Positions 13,320-24,916 of a DNA stretch of 58,043 nucleotides are shown here, piece after piece. The notes under the pieces were generated by a model. It saw only the letters and a list, made by a program, of their open reading frames with translations, made no database searches and was not told where the DNA came from. Within the stretch, counting starts at the first letter, position 1; every line of letters starts with the position of its first letter. The stretch lies in NCBI RefSeq assembly GCF_004010195.1, contig NC_057735.1:40103600-40161642 (forward strand), in the 5' to 3' direction. Both the position numbers and the translations under genes were made by a program. The DNA is from Chiloscyllium plagiosum (taxonomy: Eukaryota).

Positions 13320-13655
13320 TGGGAGGATTGGCCTAGTGGCATTATTGCTGGACTGTTAATCCAGAGACCGGAACAAGGGACCGGGGTTTGAGTCCCACCG
13401 CGATAAATGGTGGAATTTGAATTCAGTAAAAAAAGGAATCTGGAAGTAAGAGTCTAATGATAACTACAAATCCATTGCCAATTGTTGGAAATACCCATTT
13501 GGTTACACTAATGCCTTTAGGGAAGGAAATCTGCCGTCCTTACCTGGTCTGGCCTACATGTGACTCCAAACCCACAGCAATGTGGTTGACTTCTAACTGC
13601 CATCTGTGCAATTAGGGATGGGCAATAAATGCTGATCTAGCCAGTGAATGAATGA
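13320..13655 (+). mobile_element. tRNA-derived SINE with L2-type tail
   Basis: A box TGGCCTAGTGG, B box GGTTTGAGTCC, tail gggcaataaatgctg...(gaat)n. Confidence 0.75.
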
Positions 13656-15193
13656 TAAAACAAACAAGAGGACTAGAGGGTCTGTAGGGACAGATTCTGA
13701 ACTTGAAGGAAGTTGAAAAAATAGAAAAAGAATGAATGAATGAGCAAACTTGTATTTTGAACTGTCTCCTATAATAACATTTTGTACCCATTACTCATTT
13801 GTTCCATTATTCAACCACAATCGGATAATCAAGTGTTACAATAGATTGCATAACTAAAGACAACCCTTTTTTGTCCCCGATATTTTAAGCTTTTGAATCA
13901 TTGTAACAACATGGTTTACGTTTTGCATTCCCAGCTCAGATTTAGCATCTATTTGTTTGGCTGTACATTTGTGGGAAGGGAGAGATCTAGCTTTTACACA
14001 GTATTATTGGCAATAAACCAGAATGGTCACCTGCCTTGAATGTTCAATCTTAGCATGACGTTTTCAAATTTCAGTCTAATGTTCCCTCTAAGCTGTGTAG
14101 ATGTATTGCCACACAGCAAGTCTTAATGTATTATGCCTAGAACAAGCATGCTTCACACGACAGGTTAGTTTCTGGAGGAGTGGCAATCTTAGCTCCTTTT
14201 TTACACAACACAAGAGCTCTGTATTGCAGACAGTAGTTTCTAGTCAGGGCACCTTCAGAAATGCAGAACTATATTTCCATTCTGACAGGGCCTTTGTATT
14301 GTAGAACAGCTGGAAAAAGCAAACCACTCATTCCTTTTCACAGCAATTAGCTGCCATATTCTATAATTTAAGGGCTCATATTTACAGTCAGCTGCTCTTT
14401 GTTCGCCTAATTTCTAAGTACGTAAGGTAAGTGTGAGGTTAGGGTGCCAGGTAAATATGGTGCCAAGTAAGGTGCAGGATATGTAGGCTGCCAGGACAAG
14501 GTGGCAAGGAGGCTAGGTAATTGGCGGAGTGTTTAGTGGAGGTCAGGATGGGTGGGAAACATTGGACCCCCAGCAGGGAGGCTGGATGTCAGATCTACAG
14601 CTGGGAGGTGAGCTCCAGTGGCAATTGTAAAGTGGGGTTGGATAGAGTCGAGAGTGAGGGGGGGGGGAGGCTGCAGGGTGGGCACTTGGGTCCAGGGCCA
14701 GGAGGAGATATAGCGTTTGAGTGGATTGTAGCATTGTGACCCAGCCATGGAGGGGCAACAAACACAAAAGATTTCATTAACATTGTGCAGACTGATTATG
14801 ACCATAAAATCTGGTTAAGGAGAGTGAATGCTGTCTTCCCAGGATGCAATGCTTTCAGTGAATTACCAAGACTTCTGCAGGATTTCTGCTAACACAATGA
14901 AAAGTTTGAGATTGATATTTAAGAAACCAGAGAATTTCACCTCTTGGACCCTTTTCGATGAGCATGCAAGTAAAGAGAACTATGCAAGTGGGGAAGTCCA
15001 TGCACACGCCATAAACATTACTGACACACAATTTTGGTCCTTAGCGAGTTCTTTAAGGTAACCAGGAATCTAGAATCAAGAGGACAAGGAGTCAAACAGA
15101 TTTCTACTGACAGGTGACTAGAGCCAAATGCCATGCTGTCATTTACACAAGACTCCTAAAACGTCTGTCAACTGCTTGCATGTTCAATGAAAT

Positions 15194-16831
15194 TGCAAAT
15201 CTAACTTCCTCAACATTAATCTTTGCATTAACTCAAGCAACATGGATCCCATTCCTTTTATCAACTGAGACCTTTTTCTTCAAGAATACTCTCTGGATTG
15301 AATTGAAACACAAACCATTGATATTTAATTTTCTAAACATTTTTCACCAATGGCAAAAAAAGTAGACAAATTGAATACTAATCTTTAATGATAAACTTAA
15401 ACTTTAGCCCTTAAAATTTTCATATGTATACAAACTGATACACAAATAGACAGGACTAGATACAGATGTTGTGGGTGGGGAAAGGGTAAAAAATAAGACA
15501 GAGCAGCAGAGATTTGATACCAATCTGGATCATGGATGTTGATTCTTTCCTACTCTTTGCTAATGACTTGAGGTTATGGAAACACTGATTCTCAGTCTTC
15601 TCCACACAAATTTGGGGTTTGCCCTTTCAGTATCTCTGAAGATGGTCTTCCCTTTCTCACTCTTAACAGGTGAATTGCAGAGCGAGCAGCTTACAGGGGA
15701 AAGTTGAGCTTCTCTTTTACTTCTGCACACAGAAGGGACAGAGAGCGCGATGGATGTTCTCTCTTTGCAGAGTGGATATTTCTACTGCATTGTTAACACA
15801 AAAGGCTGTAGCCACCTGCCCAGGAGTCAATCAAGAGGGTGTTACTATGCTGAGCCCTCCTCAGCCCATAATAACTGGTGCCAATTGGAAAGCCAATCAA
15901 AAGACCCTTTCTGCAACATTACCCTGAAGATGTGGGTAGTGCTATTTTGTATTTTCACTGCTCCAATAAGGCAACATTGTGTATACAACTCACAAAATGG
16001 TCCAGTTTTAAAACTACAAACATCTTCTTCCACAAATTCATTGATTTAAAGCACAATTTCTTCACATTTTTAGTTTGCAGTCCAAGCAAAATAAAAATGG
16101 TTTTTGCAAGGCAAAGAGGGAATGGGTGACCACCTGACTACTTAGGCGTACCAGATAAGAAATGATGGAGGTCCCTGAATTTGTCTTGCTCACTAAGTGG
16201 TTTTATGCCTTGGGATAATGGTGAGGGCACTTGTCTGTCAGAGGAGTACAGTACCAAGCAATATCATAGCACCACAGCTCACTCCGCTGCACAGGTTGAG
16301 GGAAAGAAGCATGGAAGGGCAGTAGTAAAAGTTTCAATAGTTAGGGAACAATCAGGCATTTCTATAATGTTTAGATGTGACTCCTGGAAAATACGTTGCC
16401 TTCCTGGTGCTAGGGTCAGGGATGTCACTGAGCAGCTAAAGGACATTTATTTGGGGGAAGGGTGAATAGTCAGTGGTCATTGTCACCAGTTACAAACGGC
16501 TCAATTTGATTTGATACCATGTGGTATTGAGAAATGGCTGAAGACATTGGTTATTGCTAAGGTTGTGGGCCCTGGCAACATTCTAGTAGTATGCATATGC
16601 TGCAAGACCTGGATATGATCCAAATTCAGGTTGATAAGTGGTAAGTAATATATACTTTACAAAGTGCAAATCTAACTTCCTCATCATTGATCTTTGCATT
16701 AACTCAAGCAACATGGATCCCATTCCTTTTATCAACTGAGACCTTTTTCTTCAAGAATACTCTCTGGATTGAATTGAAACACAAACCATTGATATTTAAT
16801 TTTCTAAACATTTTTAACCAATGGCAAAAAA
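15194..16831 (+). repeat. 167-bp direct duplication (15194-15360 and 16665-16831)
   Basis: 3 mismatches counted; near-identical ORF-track peptides IFALTQATWIPFLLSTETFFFK. Confidence 0.9.
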
Positions 16832-18781
16832 TGTCAATGATCATCTCCAACAAGAGACAATCTAACCACTATGCCTTGACAGGCCCTCTTTATATCCCAT
16901 TGAGGCAGCAGTGTTAACCATATTATAAAGAATATGATAACATACTTAGAAAACAAAGATCTGATTGGATAGCTTCAACATGGATTTATGAAAGGGAAAT
17001 CACATTTGACAAATCTGTTGTGGCATTTTGACGATGTTACTAGCAGAGTAGATAAGGGGATAGGGTGCATTTGAATTTTCAGAAGGCTCTTAATAATGTC
17101 CCATGCAAGATGTTTTATGAACAAAATTAGAGTACATAGGATGTAAGGTGATATGTTATCATATCATAGTATCATAGTAATCCTACATTTTGGAAGCAGG
17201 TCATTAAGCCCATCGAATCCACACAGCCCTTCAGAAGAGGATCCCACCCAGACCCACCCCCTCATCCCTGTAACCTTGTTGGCATGGATTGAGTATAGTT
17301 ACAATCTGGTCATTGTTTGGGAAAATCTATTAAACGTTACTGCTTTCCATTAACAAAAAGGGAAATCTGACTAAGTTCAAAAAAAGCTAAAAACATGATT
17401 GCGACAAATCACTTGACTATACTCTGCCAAATGATTTATAGAGAACTATCCTGACATGTGGAAACTCTCATCCAGGTGTTAACAAAATTCCTTGTTTTGG
17501 GAATGTAAATTAGTCATGGGCCAGAACAAGAATGAAGAATCACAGATGGAGGGGTGAACTATCTCAGAAATACTGATGCCTTAGATGGAAAATGACTTGG
17601 TCCTTTTTGGAGGTTACCTGATAATTATAAACATTTTAGCTTGAGTAAGATCTGCTGTAAAATGACTGGGTGGTTAAAAGTGCCACACCTGCAGAACCAG
17701 AAACTTGGAATCTTATTTCTGTAACAAAATCTGTTGTCCTGAGGAACCTTCTTGTTTATGGAAACAGCGCCTATTCAATTATAGAAATCATTGTAGCTAC
17801 TTAATCTGATTTCAAGCAGCAAGAATTCAAGCAACAGGCCGGATTAGTATCCCATATACACTTTTTGGATTTCCTTCTTAAAGTATTCTGATGCCTTATC
17901 TGTCTAGTTTTATTAGTGCCTATAATTTCTTGTTAATAACATTATTTCTTCACCCATAAGGGACCTTTAACAATACTTTGTAATAAAATAATCTAAATTT
18001 AACCTAAGTAAAGGTTTGACTGCCATTCTGCTTTAACTTAAATCATTACAAATTAAAAGGGGACAAGGTGATTTATAGTAATCCATAGCTCATAGATCAT
18101 GCTTTTTTTTAATAATTGTGACTCCTGATTTAAAATTATTTGCATCAAGAGTATCTGTTAACCAGTTTTTCGCAATTTGAGCCAGAGGGAGCTAGACTCC
18201 AGGAGACATAATGGTCCATAAAAGTTCAAGCAGTATTCCATCCACCAGTCAAGACTGTTACTTCCTTCCCGTTGGGCTAAAATAAAATATTTAAAAAATG
18301 TAGTTTGGGCGTTATACAAAAACAATAAATTGCATATCTAGACATCCTGAAAATAAAACTAATTCTTATTTCTATGAGAGGATCTAAACTTGATCCTCTG
18401 CTTAATATAAACACAAGATTTTAAAACATCGAAGATCAAAGTCATTTACCTTGATCTCTGAGAGTGTGAAAGTGTTTAGATTTAGTATGGACCTGAAATG
18501 GTTACCAATGAATCCCTTAATTAATGTAATCATTTAGATTGGGGTATTTATGTTTTTGTGTTGTATAGTGAAAAGGTGACGTGCAAGATGGTCATTCAAT
18601 CAATAATAGACCATCCCTAATCATTATTCCGTATTTGGTCCCATATTTGGTCATTATTCCTGTTTGGTCATGGTACTGCATCAAGTAAGATAATAAGAAT
18701 TGAGGCCTAACATTTCTTTATCAGATTGTGGTTTTACTTAGCTGAACTTGCATTGTACTTCTCATGCTAGTTGTCATCTCA

Positions 18782-18869
18782 GGTAGACAAGCAGGAGGCG
18801 AGAAAAACATAGCAAGCCAGGCAGCATCAGGAGGTGAAGAAGTCAACATTTCAGGTGTAACCCTTCTTC
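18782..18869 (-). mobile_element. Short Penelope-like terminal fragment
   Basis: TSD AGTTGTCATCTCA at 18769-18781 and 18870-18882; degenerate hammerhead CUGAAGA-A-GGG..CCU-GAAA on the minus strand. Confidence 0.65.
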
Positions 18870-19179
18870 AGTTGTCATCTCAAGCATCCCCAGAACAGTG
18901 TTTTTAAAGTGCGTTCAATCTTTCTCAGCTCTTCTACATTGTTGTGAAGGGAGTTCACCATTTTATGCCTGGTTATTTTTGTCCTTGGAAGAGTGCAGCT
19001 TGCTATAGGTTTTACTAAAAAGAAAAAGATTAATTTCTTTTATCTATCCCATATGTTTTAGCCCCTATTCCTACACAGTTGGTCATGATAATTAGTTAAT
19101 GATAAAAAAACTGAGGATAGGAATAATGCATCTTTCCTCATTTGGCAAGCTGTTCCTTGTAGTTTAGTTTATTACGACT

Positions 19180-19890
19180 TTAAACCTGGCTGTTCACAAT
19201 CTAAGTCAATAACTTGAATGTGGCAACTAAATGTAATATTTCCAAGTTTTTGGATGACACAAATCTCGATGGAAATGTGAATTGTGAGAGGGATGGAAAC
19301 AGCCTTCAAGTGGATTTGAATATACTGAATGAGTAGGCACAGAAATGGCAGATGGAATATAATGTGGGTAAGTGTGCAGTTTTGTTTCCCATACACAAGA
19401 AAGGCTATATTTGTTCTAGAAGAATTTCAGTGGGGGTTCACCAAACTAATCTATCAGATAACAGGACTGCCATGAGAGGAGAGATTGAGGCCACTGGTGT
19501 GCAAGTTTTCTCTGGGGTTTGGAGGAACAAAAAGTGATTTCATTATAACTTAAAAGATTCTTAAATGGCTAGAAGGATGTATTTAGGATGTTATCCGTGG
19601 AGTGGAGATTGGATTCCTGGGGAGGTGGCTAGAAGCTTCAGAGTGGCAAGCCATTTTAAGAGATAAAATGAGGAAGGACTTATTCACTCAGAGGATAATG
19701 AACCTGTGGACCTTGCCCAAGAGAAACTTAGTTATTGAGTATATTGAAGGCAGAAGTAAGTCAATTTCTAGGACCTCAGGGAACTTAGTGTGGAAATATA
19801 GTACGTGGAAAATGGCATTGAGGTGGATGATCAGCTATGGTTGAGATTGGCAAAGCAGGTTTGAGGGGCCAAATAGCCTTTTTCTGTTCG
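19180..19890 (+). mobile_element. Old CR1 LINE 3' fragment
   Basis: Degenerate FxDDT, WQMEYNVGKC and LFTQRIMNLW motifs. Confidence 0.6.
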
Positions 19891-20203
19891 TACCTTTACT
19901 GGCAACTGACTGAACTGGAATCTCACATTGGCCTGTTGAAAAATAATGTCCAAATATGAAACTTTAAAAGATGGTCAGATTTTAATATGTTCCCTTTGAT
20001 GTTAAGGTTAAAAAGGTAATTTTGGAATGAGGAATGGTGAAGTCATATGGAACTCTGCCTGGAGACAAGCCCATGTGATTTAACCTATGGATGACTTTCC
20101 TTCTGCTAATTGCTACTCCTACCAGTAGTCCCAGTATGTCATATTTATTTGTCTTGTGCCGTCCTCATACATCCAACTGTAGCTCACCTGAAACACCTCT
20201 GTG

Positions 20204-20674
20204 GCAAAATCAGAGTCTCAATTAGAGTGGTGCTGGAAAAGCACAGCAGGTCAGGCAGCATCCGAGGAGCAGGAAAATCGACGTTTCGGGCAAAAAGCCC
20301 TTCATCAGGACTGAAGGCAGGGAGCCTCCAGGGTGGAGAGACAAATGGGAGGGGGGTGGGAGTGGGGAGAAGGTAGCAAAGGGTACAGTAGGTGGATGGG
20401 GGTGGGGATGAATGTGATAGGTCAGAGAGGAGGGTGGAGTGGATAGGTGGAAAGGAAGATTGGCAGGTAGGACAGGTCATGAGGATGGTGCTGAGCTGAA
20501 AGGTTGGAACTGGGATAAGGTGGGTGGAGAGGAAATGAGGAAACTGGTGAAGTCCACCCTGGAGGCCCCTTGCGTTCAGTCTTGATGAAGGACTTTTGCC
20601 CGAAACATCAATTTTCCTGCTCGTCGGATGCTGCCTGACCTGCTGTGCTTTTCCAGCACCACTCTAACCTAGAC
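20204..20674 (-). mobile_element. Penelope-like element with inverted termini
   Basis: Arms about 20222-20315/20575-20667; TSD CCTGAAACACCTCTGTG at 20187-20203 and 20675-20691; intact hammerhead core on the minus strand at about 20276-20310; ORF-end remnant VDFTSF. Confidence 0.8.
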
Positions 20675-21089
20675 CCTGAAACACCTCTGTGACATCCATC
20701 ATTCAACTAAGTTCAGGTTGACCTCTCTTTCTGCTGCCCTCCATTTTGTCATCTTGAAAGTATCAGTAGTTTTTTCAACTCTGATCAAATGGCTAAAGTA
20801 TGGTTTGGAATACACTACTCTATGAAAGAGATCTGGTTAGAGTCCAAGAATTTTTCAATGAAGTTCATTATTTATATTATACTAGTTTAATACATTCTAG
20901 TTACACATGAGGTGAAGGCTGTTCCTGGTGTCTTTAGAGTCTCTACCATTATGTGGTCATGACGTAATAACTGACATAGCTTCCTATGTATATGTTCATG
21001 AGTAAGCCAATTACTTTACATCTCCCCTCCAAACTTTGTCTCTATTTAATCCAAATCATATATTGTACCCCCAAAGTTTCTGCTTTTAC

Positions 21090-23515
21090 AGAATTTGTTG
21101 AGGAGGAATGCATTGAGTGTATCCATGGTAGTTTTCTTGAGCAGTATGTCATGGAACCGATGAGGGAGCACGCTATCCTAGATCTGGTCCTGTGTAATGA
21201 GACAGGAATAATTAATGACCTCATAGTTAGGGATCCTCTTGGAAGGAGCAATCACAGTGTGGGTGAATTTAGAATACAGATGAAGAGTGTGAAGATAAAA
21301 TCCAATACCCGGGTCTTGTTCTTAAACAAGGGAGACTACAATAGGTTGAGGGAGGACTTGGCTAAAGTAGACTGGACACAAAGATTTCATGGTAGGACTG
21401 TTGACAAGCTGTGGAGGACTTTCAAAATTTTTTTATAGTGCTCAGCAAAAATATATTAAAGTGAAAAGGAAGGACTGTAAGAAAAGGGGTAATCTGCCAC
21501 GGGTGTTTAAGGAAATGAGGGAGGCTATCAAATTGAAACAGAAGGCATACAAAGTGGCCAAGATCAGTGGGAACTTAGAAGATTGGGAAAACTTTAAAGA
21601 TCAACAGAAAGCCACAAAAAAAGCTACAAAGAAACGTAGGATAGAACATGAGAAAAAACTAGCACAGAATATAAAGACAGATACCAAAAGTTTCTACAAA
21701 TTTATGAAATGAAAAAGAGTGGCTAAAGTAAATGTTGGTCCTTTAGAGGATGAGAAGAACATTTAGTTATGGGATATGATGAAATGGCTGAGGTATTTTG
21801 TGTCAGTGTTCACAGTGGAAGACACTAATAACATCCAGTAAGTGACAAAGAAGCAAAAGTAGGTGAGGACCTGGAAACAATCATTATTACAGAAGATGTA
21901 GTGTTGGAAGACCTAATGGAGCTAAGGATAGACAAGTCTCCTGGCCTTGATGTAATGCATCCCAGGGAACTAAAAGAGATGGAGGGAGAAATAGCAAGTA
22001 CACTTGTGGGAATTTTCCAAAATTCCCTGGACTCTGGGGCAGTTCCAGCAGATTGGAAAACAGCAAATGTGACGCCACTGTTTAAAAGGCGAGATAGACA
22101 AAAATGGGAAATTATAGACCAGTTAGTGTAACTTCTCTAGTGGGGAAGATACTTAATTTTGTTATCAAGGAAGAAACAGCAAGGCATCTACATAGAAATT
22201 TTCTCATTGGACAGACGCAGCATGGGTTCACGGAAGGCAGGTCATGCTTAACAAATCTTTTGGAATTCCATGAAGACATTACGAGAAAGGTAGACAATGG
22301 GGACCCAGTAAATGAGGTGTACCTAGATTTCCAAAAGGCCTTTGACAAGGTGCCGCACAAGAGGTTGCTGCGTAAGATAAAGATGCATGGCGTTATGGGT
22401 AAAGTATTAACGTGGATAGAGGATTGGTTGACTAACAGGAAGTAAAGAGTGGGGATAAATGAGTGCTACTCTGGTTGGCAATCAGTAACTAGTGGTGTGC
22501 CTCAGGGATCAGTGTTGGGACTGCGATTATTCAAAATTTATATAGATGATTTGAAGTTGAAGACCACATGTAAGATGTCAAAGTTTGCAGATAACACTAA
22601 GATGAGTGGCAGAGCAAAGTGTGCAGAGAACTGTGAAACTTTGCAGAGGAACATAAATACTTGAAGTGAGTGGGCAAAGATCTGGCAAATGGAATACAAT
22701 GTTGGTAAATGTGGGAATTTATCCACTTTGATAGGAGTAACAGTAAAAAGGATTATTACTTGAATGGTAAAAGGTTGCAGCATGCTTCTACGCAGAGGGA
22801 CTGGAGTGACCTTGTGCATGAATTGCAGAGGGTTGGTCTGCAGTTACAACAGGTCATTAAGAAGGCAAATGGAATTTTGTCCTTCATTGTTAAAGGGATT
22901 GAGTTTAAAAGCAGGGAGGTTATGTTGCAGCTGAACAGGGTGCTGGTGAGGCCATGCCTGGAGTACTGGTTTTGGTCTCCTTACTTGAGAAGGGGTGTAC
23001 TGGCACTAGAGAGGTGCAGAGGAGGTTCACTAGGTTGGTTCCAGAGTTGAGGGGGTTTGTTAATGAGGAAAGACTGAGTAGACTGGGATTATATTCATTG
23101 GAATTTAGAAGAATGAGGGGGGAATCTTATAGAAACATAAACTTATGAAGGGAATAGATAAGATGGAAGCAGAGAGGATATTTCCACTGGCAGATGAAAC
23201 TAGGACAAGAGGGCATAGCCTCAAAATTAGGGGGAGCAGATTAAGAATTGAAATGAGAAGGAACTTCTTCAACCAGAGGGTTGTAAATCTATGGAATTCC
23301 CTGCCCAGTGAAATAGTTGACGCTACTTCAGTAAATATTTTTAAAGCTAAGGTCGACTTTTGTTTGAACAATAAAAGCATTAAGGGATACAGTGAGAGGG
23401 TGGATAAGTGGAGCTGATTTCACGAAAAGATCAGCCATAATCTTATTGAATGGTGGAGCAGGCTCGAAGGGTCAGATGGCCTACTCCTGCTCCTAGTTCT
23501 TAATTTCTTATGTGA
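21090..23515 (+). mobile_element. 5'-truncated CR1 LINE, ORF2 (EN end plus RT) with frameshifts
   Basis: Motifs ILDLVLCNE, NYRPVSVTS, YLDFQKAFDKVPH, GVPQGSVLG, KFADNTK, FFNQRVVNLWNSLP, followed by a 3' UTR. Confidence 0.93.
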
Positions 23516-24141
23516 TAACCTTTCCAATAATTTCACTATCTTTCCAATGTCATATGAAAGTCTCTGAGATTGTTGAGGATCTGCATTCTCCAAATTCACA
23601 CTTATACGCTGAAAGCTAGTCATTGTTTCATTCTCTCCTTGACCTTTTTCTTCCTGTCTCCTCCCCCTACAGTGGAAAGCTGTTTTTTAAGTTGTTTCAA
23701 CTTTTATCTGTGGTCTTGCCTTTGTCGGCATATTGACTTCTGTGGCTTTTGTCTTTAACTCTGTTCCTACTTAGCCACTTTTCAACAGATTCAGAAGTGT
23801 CAAATTATCATTCACCTAAGAGCTCTTCAAATCTTAGTAATAATTGTTGTACAAGTTAACGATTCTAACAGTATTAATGTTGGAGACTGCAATAAGCTCT
23901 ACCAATCTGATGATATCATACAGCCTAATGTGGGGAGAAGCCGAGTCTAGTTCAAGATCTCAATGGGGACAGATCTGTTATCAGTGTCTCCGAGCTAAAT
24001 GTGAGGTCTCAGCTGTTATTCTTCTCTTCAGATGTTAATGTTAATTTTAATTTTCATGTTTAATTAGCAAATGAAACTTGTACCTATTGACATCACCCAA
24101 CAATCTGCACCTTGTTAAGACAAGTGCGTTTCCTGATTAAG

Positions 24142-24916
24142 GAGAAAGTGCGGTCTGCAGACGCTGGAGATCAAAGCTGAAACTTTATTGCTGGAACAGC
24201 ACAGCAGGTCAGGCAGCATCTAGGGAACAGAAGATTCGACGTTTCGGGCACATGCCCTTCCTCAGGAATGAGCAGAGAGTGTTCAGCAGGAGAAGATAAA
24301 AGGTAGGGAGGAGGGACTTGGAGGAGGGGCGTTGGAAATGTGATAGGTGGAAAGAGGTCAAGGTGAGGGTGATAGGTCGGAGTAGGGTGGAGGCGGAGAG
24401 GTCAAGAAGAAGACTACAGGTCAGGAAGGCAGTGCCGGGCTGGAGGGATTCGGCTGAGACAAGGTGGGGGGAGGGGGGATGAAGAAACTGGTGAAGTCCA
24501 AGTTCATCCCCTGCGGTTGGAGGGATCCCAGTCGGAAGATAAGACGCTCCTCCTCCGACCGTCGCGTTGTTGTGGTTTGGCGGTGGATGAGTCCAATGAC
24601 CTGCATATCCTCGGTGGAGTGGGAGGGGGAGTTGAAATGCTGTGCTACAGGGTGATTGGGTTGGCCTTCCTGACCTGCAGTCTTCTTCTTGACCTCTCCG
24701 CCTCCATCCTACTCCGACCTATCACCCTCACCTTGACCTCTTTCCACCTATCACATTTCCAACGCCCCTCCTCCAAGTCCCTCCTCCCTACCTTTTATCT
24801 TCTCCTGCTGAACACTCTCTGCTCATTCCTGAGGAAGGGCATGTGCCCGAAACGTCGAATCTTCTGTTCCCTAGATGCTGCCTGACCTGCTGTGCTGTTC
24901 CAGCAATAAAGTTTCA
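24142..24916 (-). mobile_element. 5'-truncated Penelope-like retroelement: GIY-YIG C-terminus between inverted pLTR copies
   Basis: 255-bp arms 24176-24430/24664-24918 (2 mismatches); spacer ORF RRSEEERLIFRLGSLQPQGMNLDFTSF; TSD GCGTTTCCTGATTAAG at 24126-24141 and 24917-24932. Confidence 0.88.
24825..24860 (+). ncRNA. Minimal hammerhead ribozyme motif
   Basis: Stem I AUUC/GAAU, CUGAGGA, stem II GGGC-AUGU-GCCC, GAAAC, GUC (cleavage after 24856); mirror on the minus strand at 24234-24269. Confidence 0.75.

Noticed and set aside
14820-18500. Possible decayed transposase or retroviral coding remnants
   Set aside because: No motif I could identify; needs a translated search.
21090-23515. Active reverse transcriptase gene
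   Set aside because: Multiple stops and frameshifts, 5' truncated.
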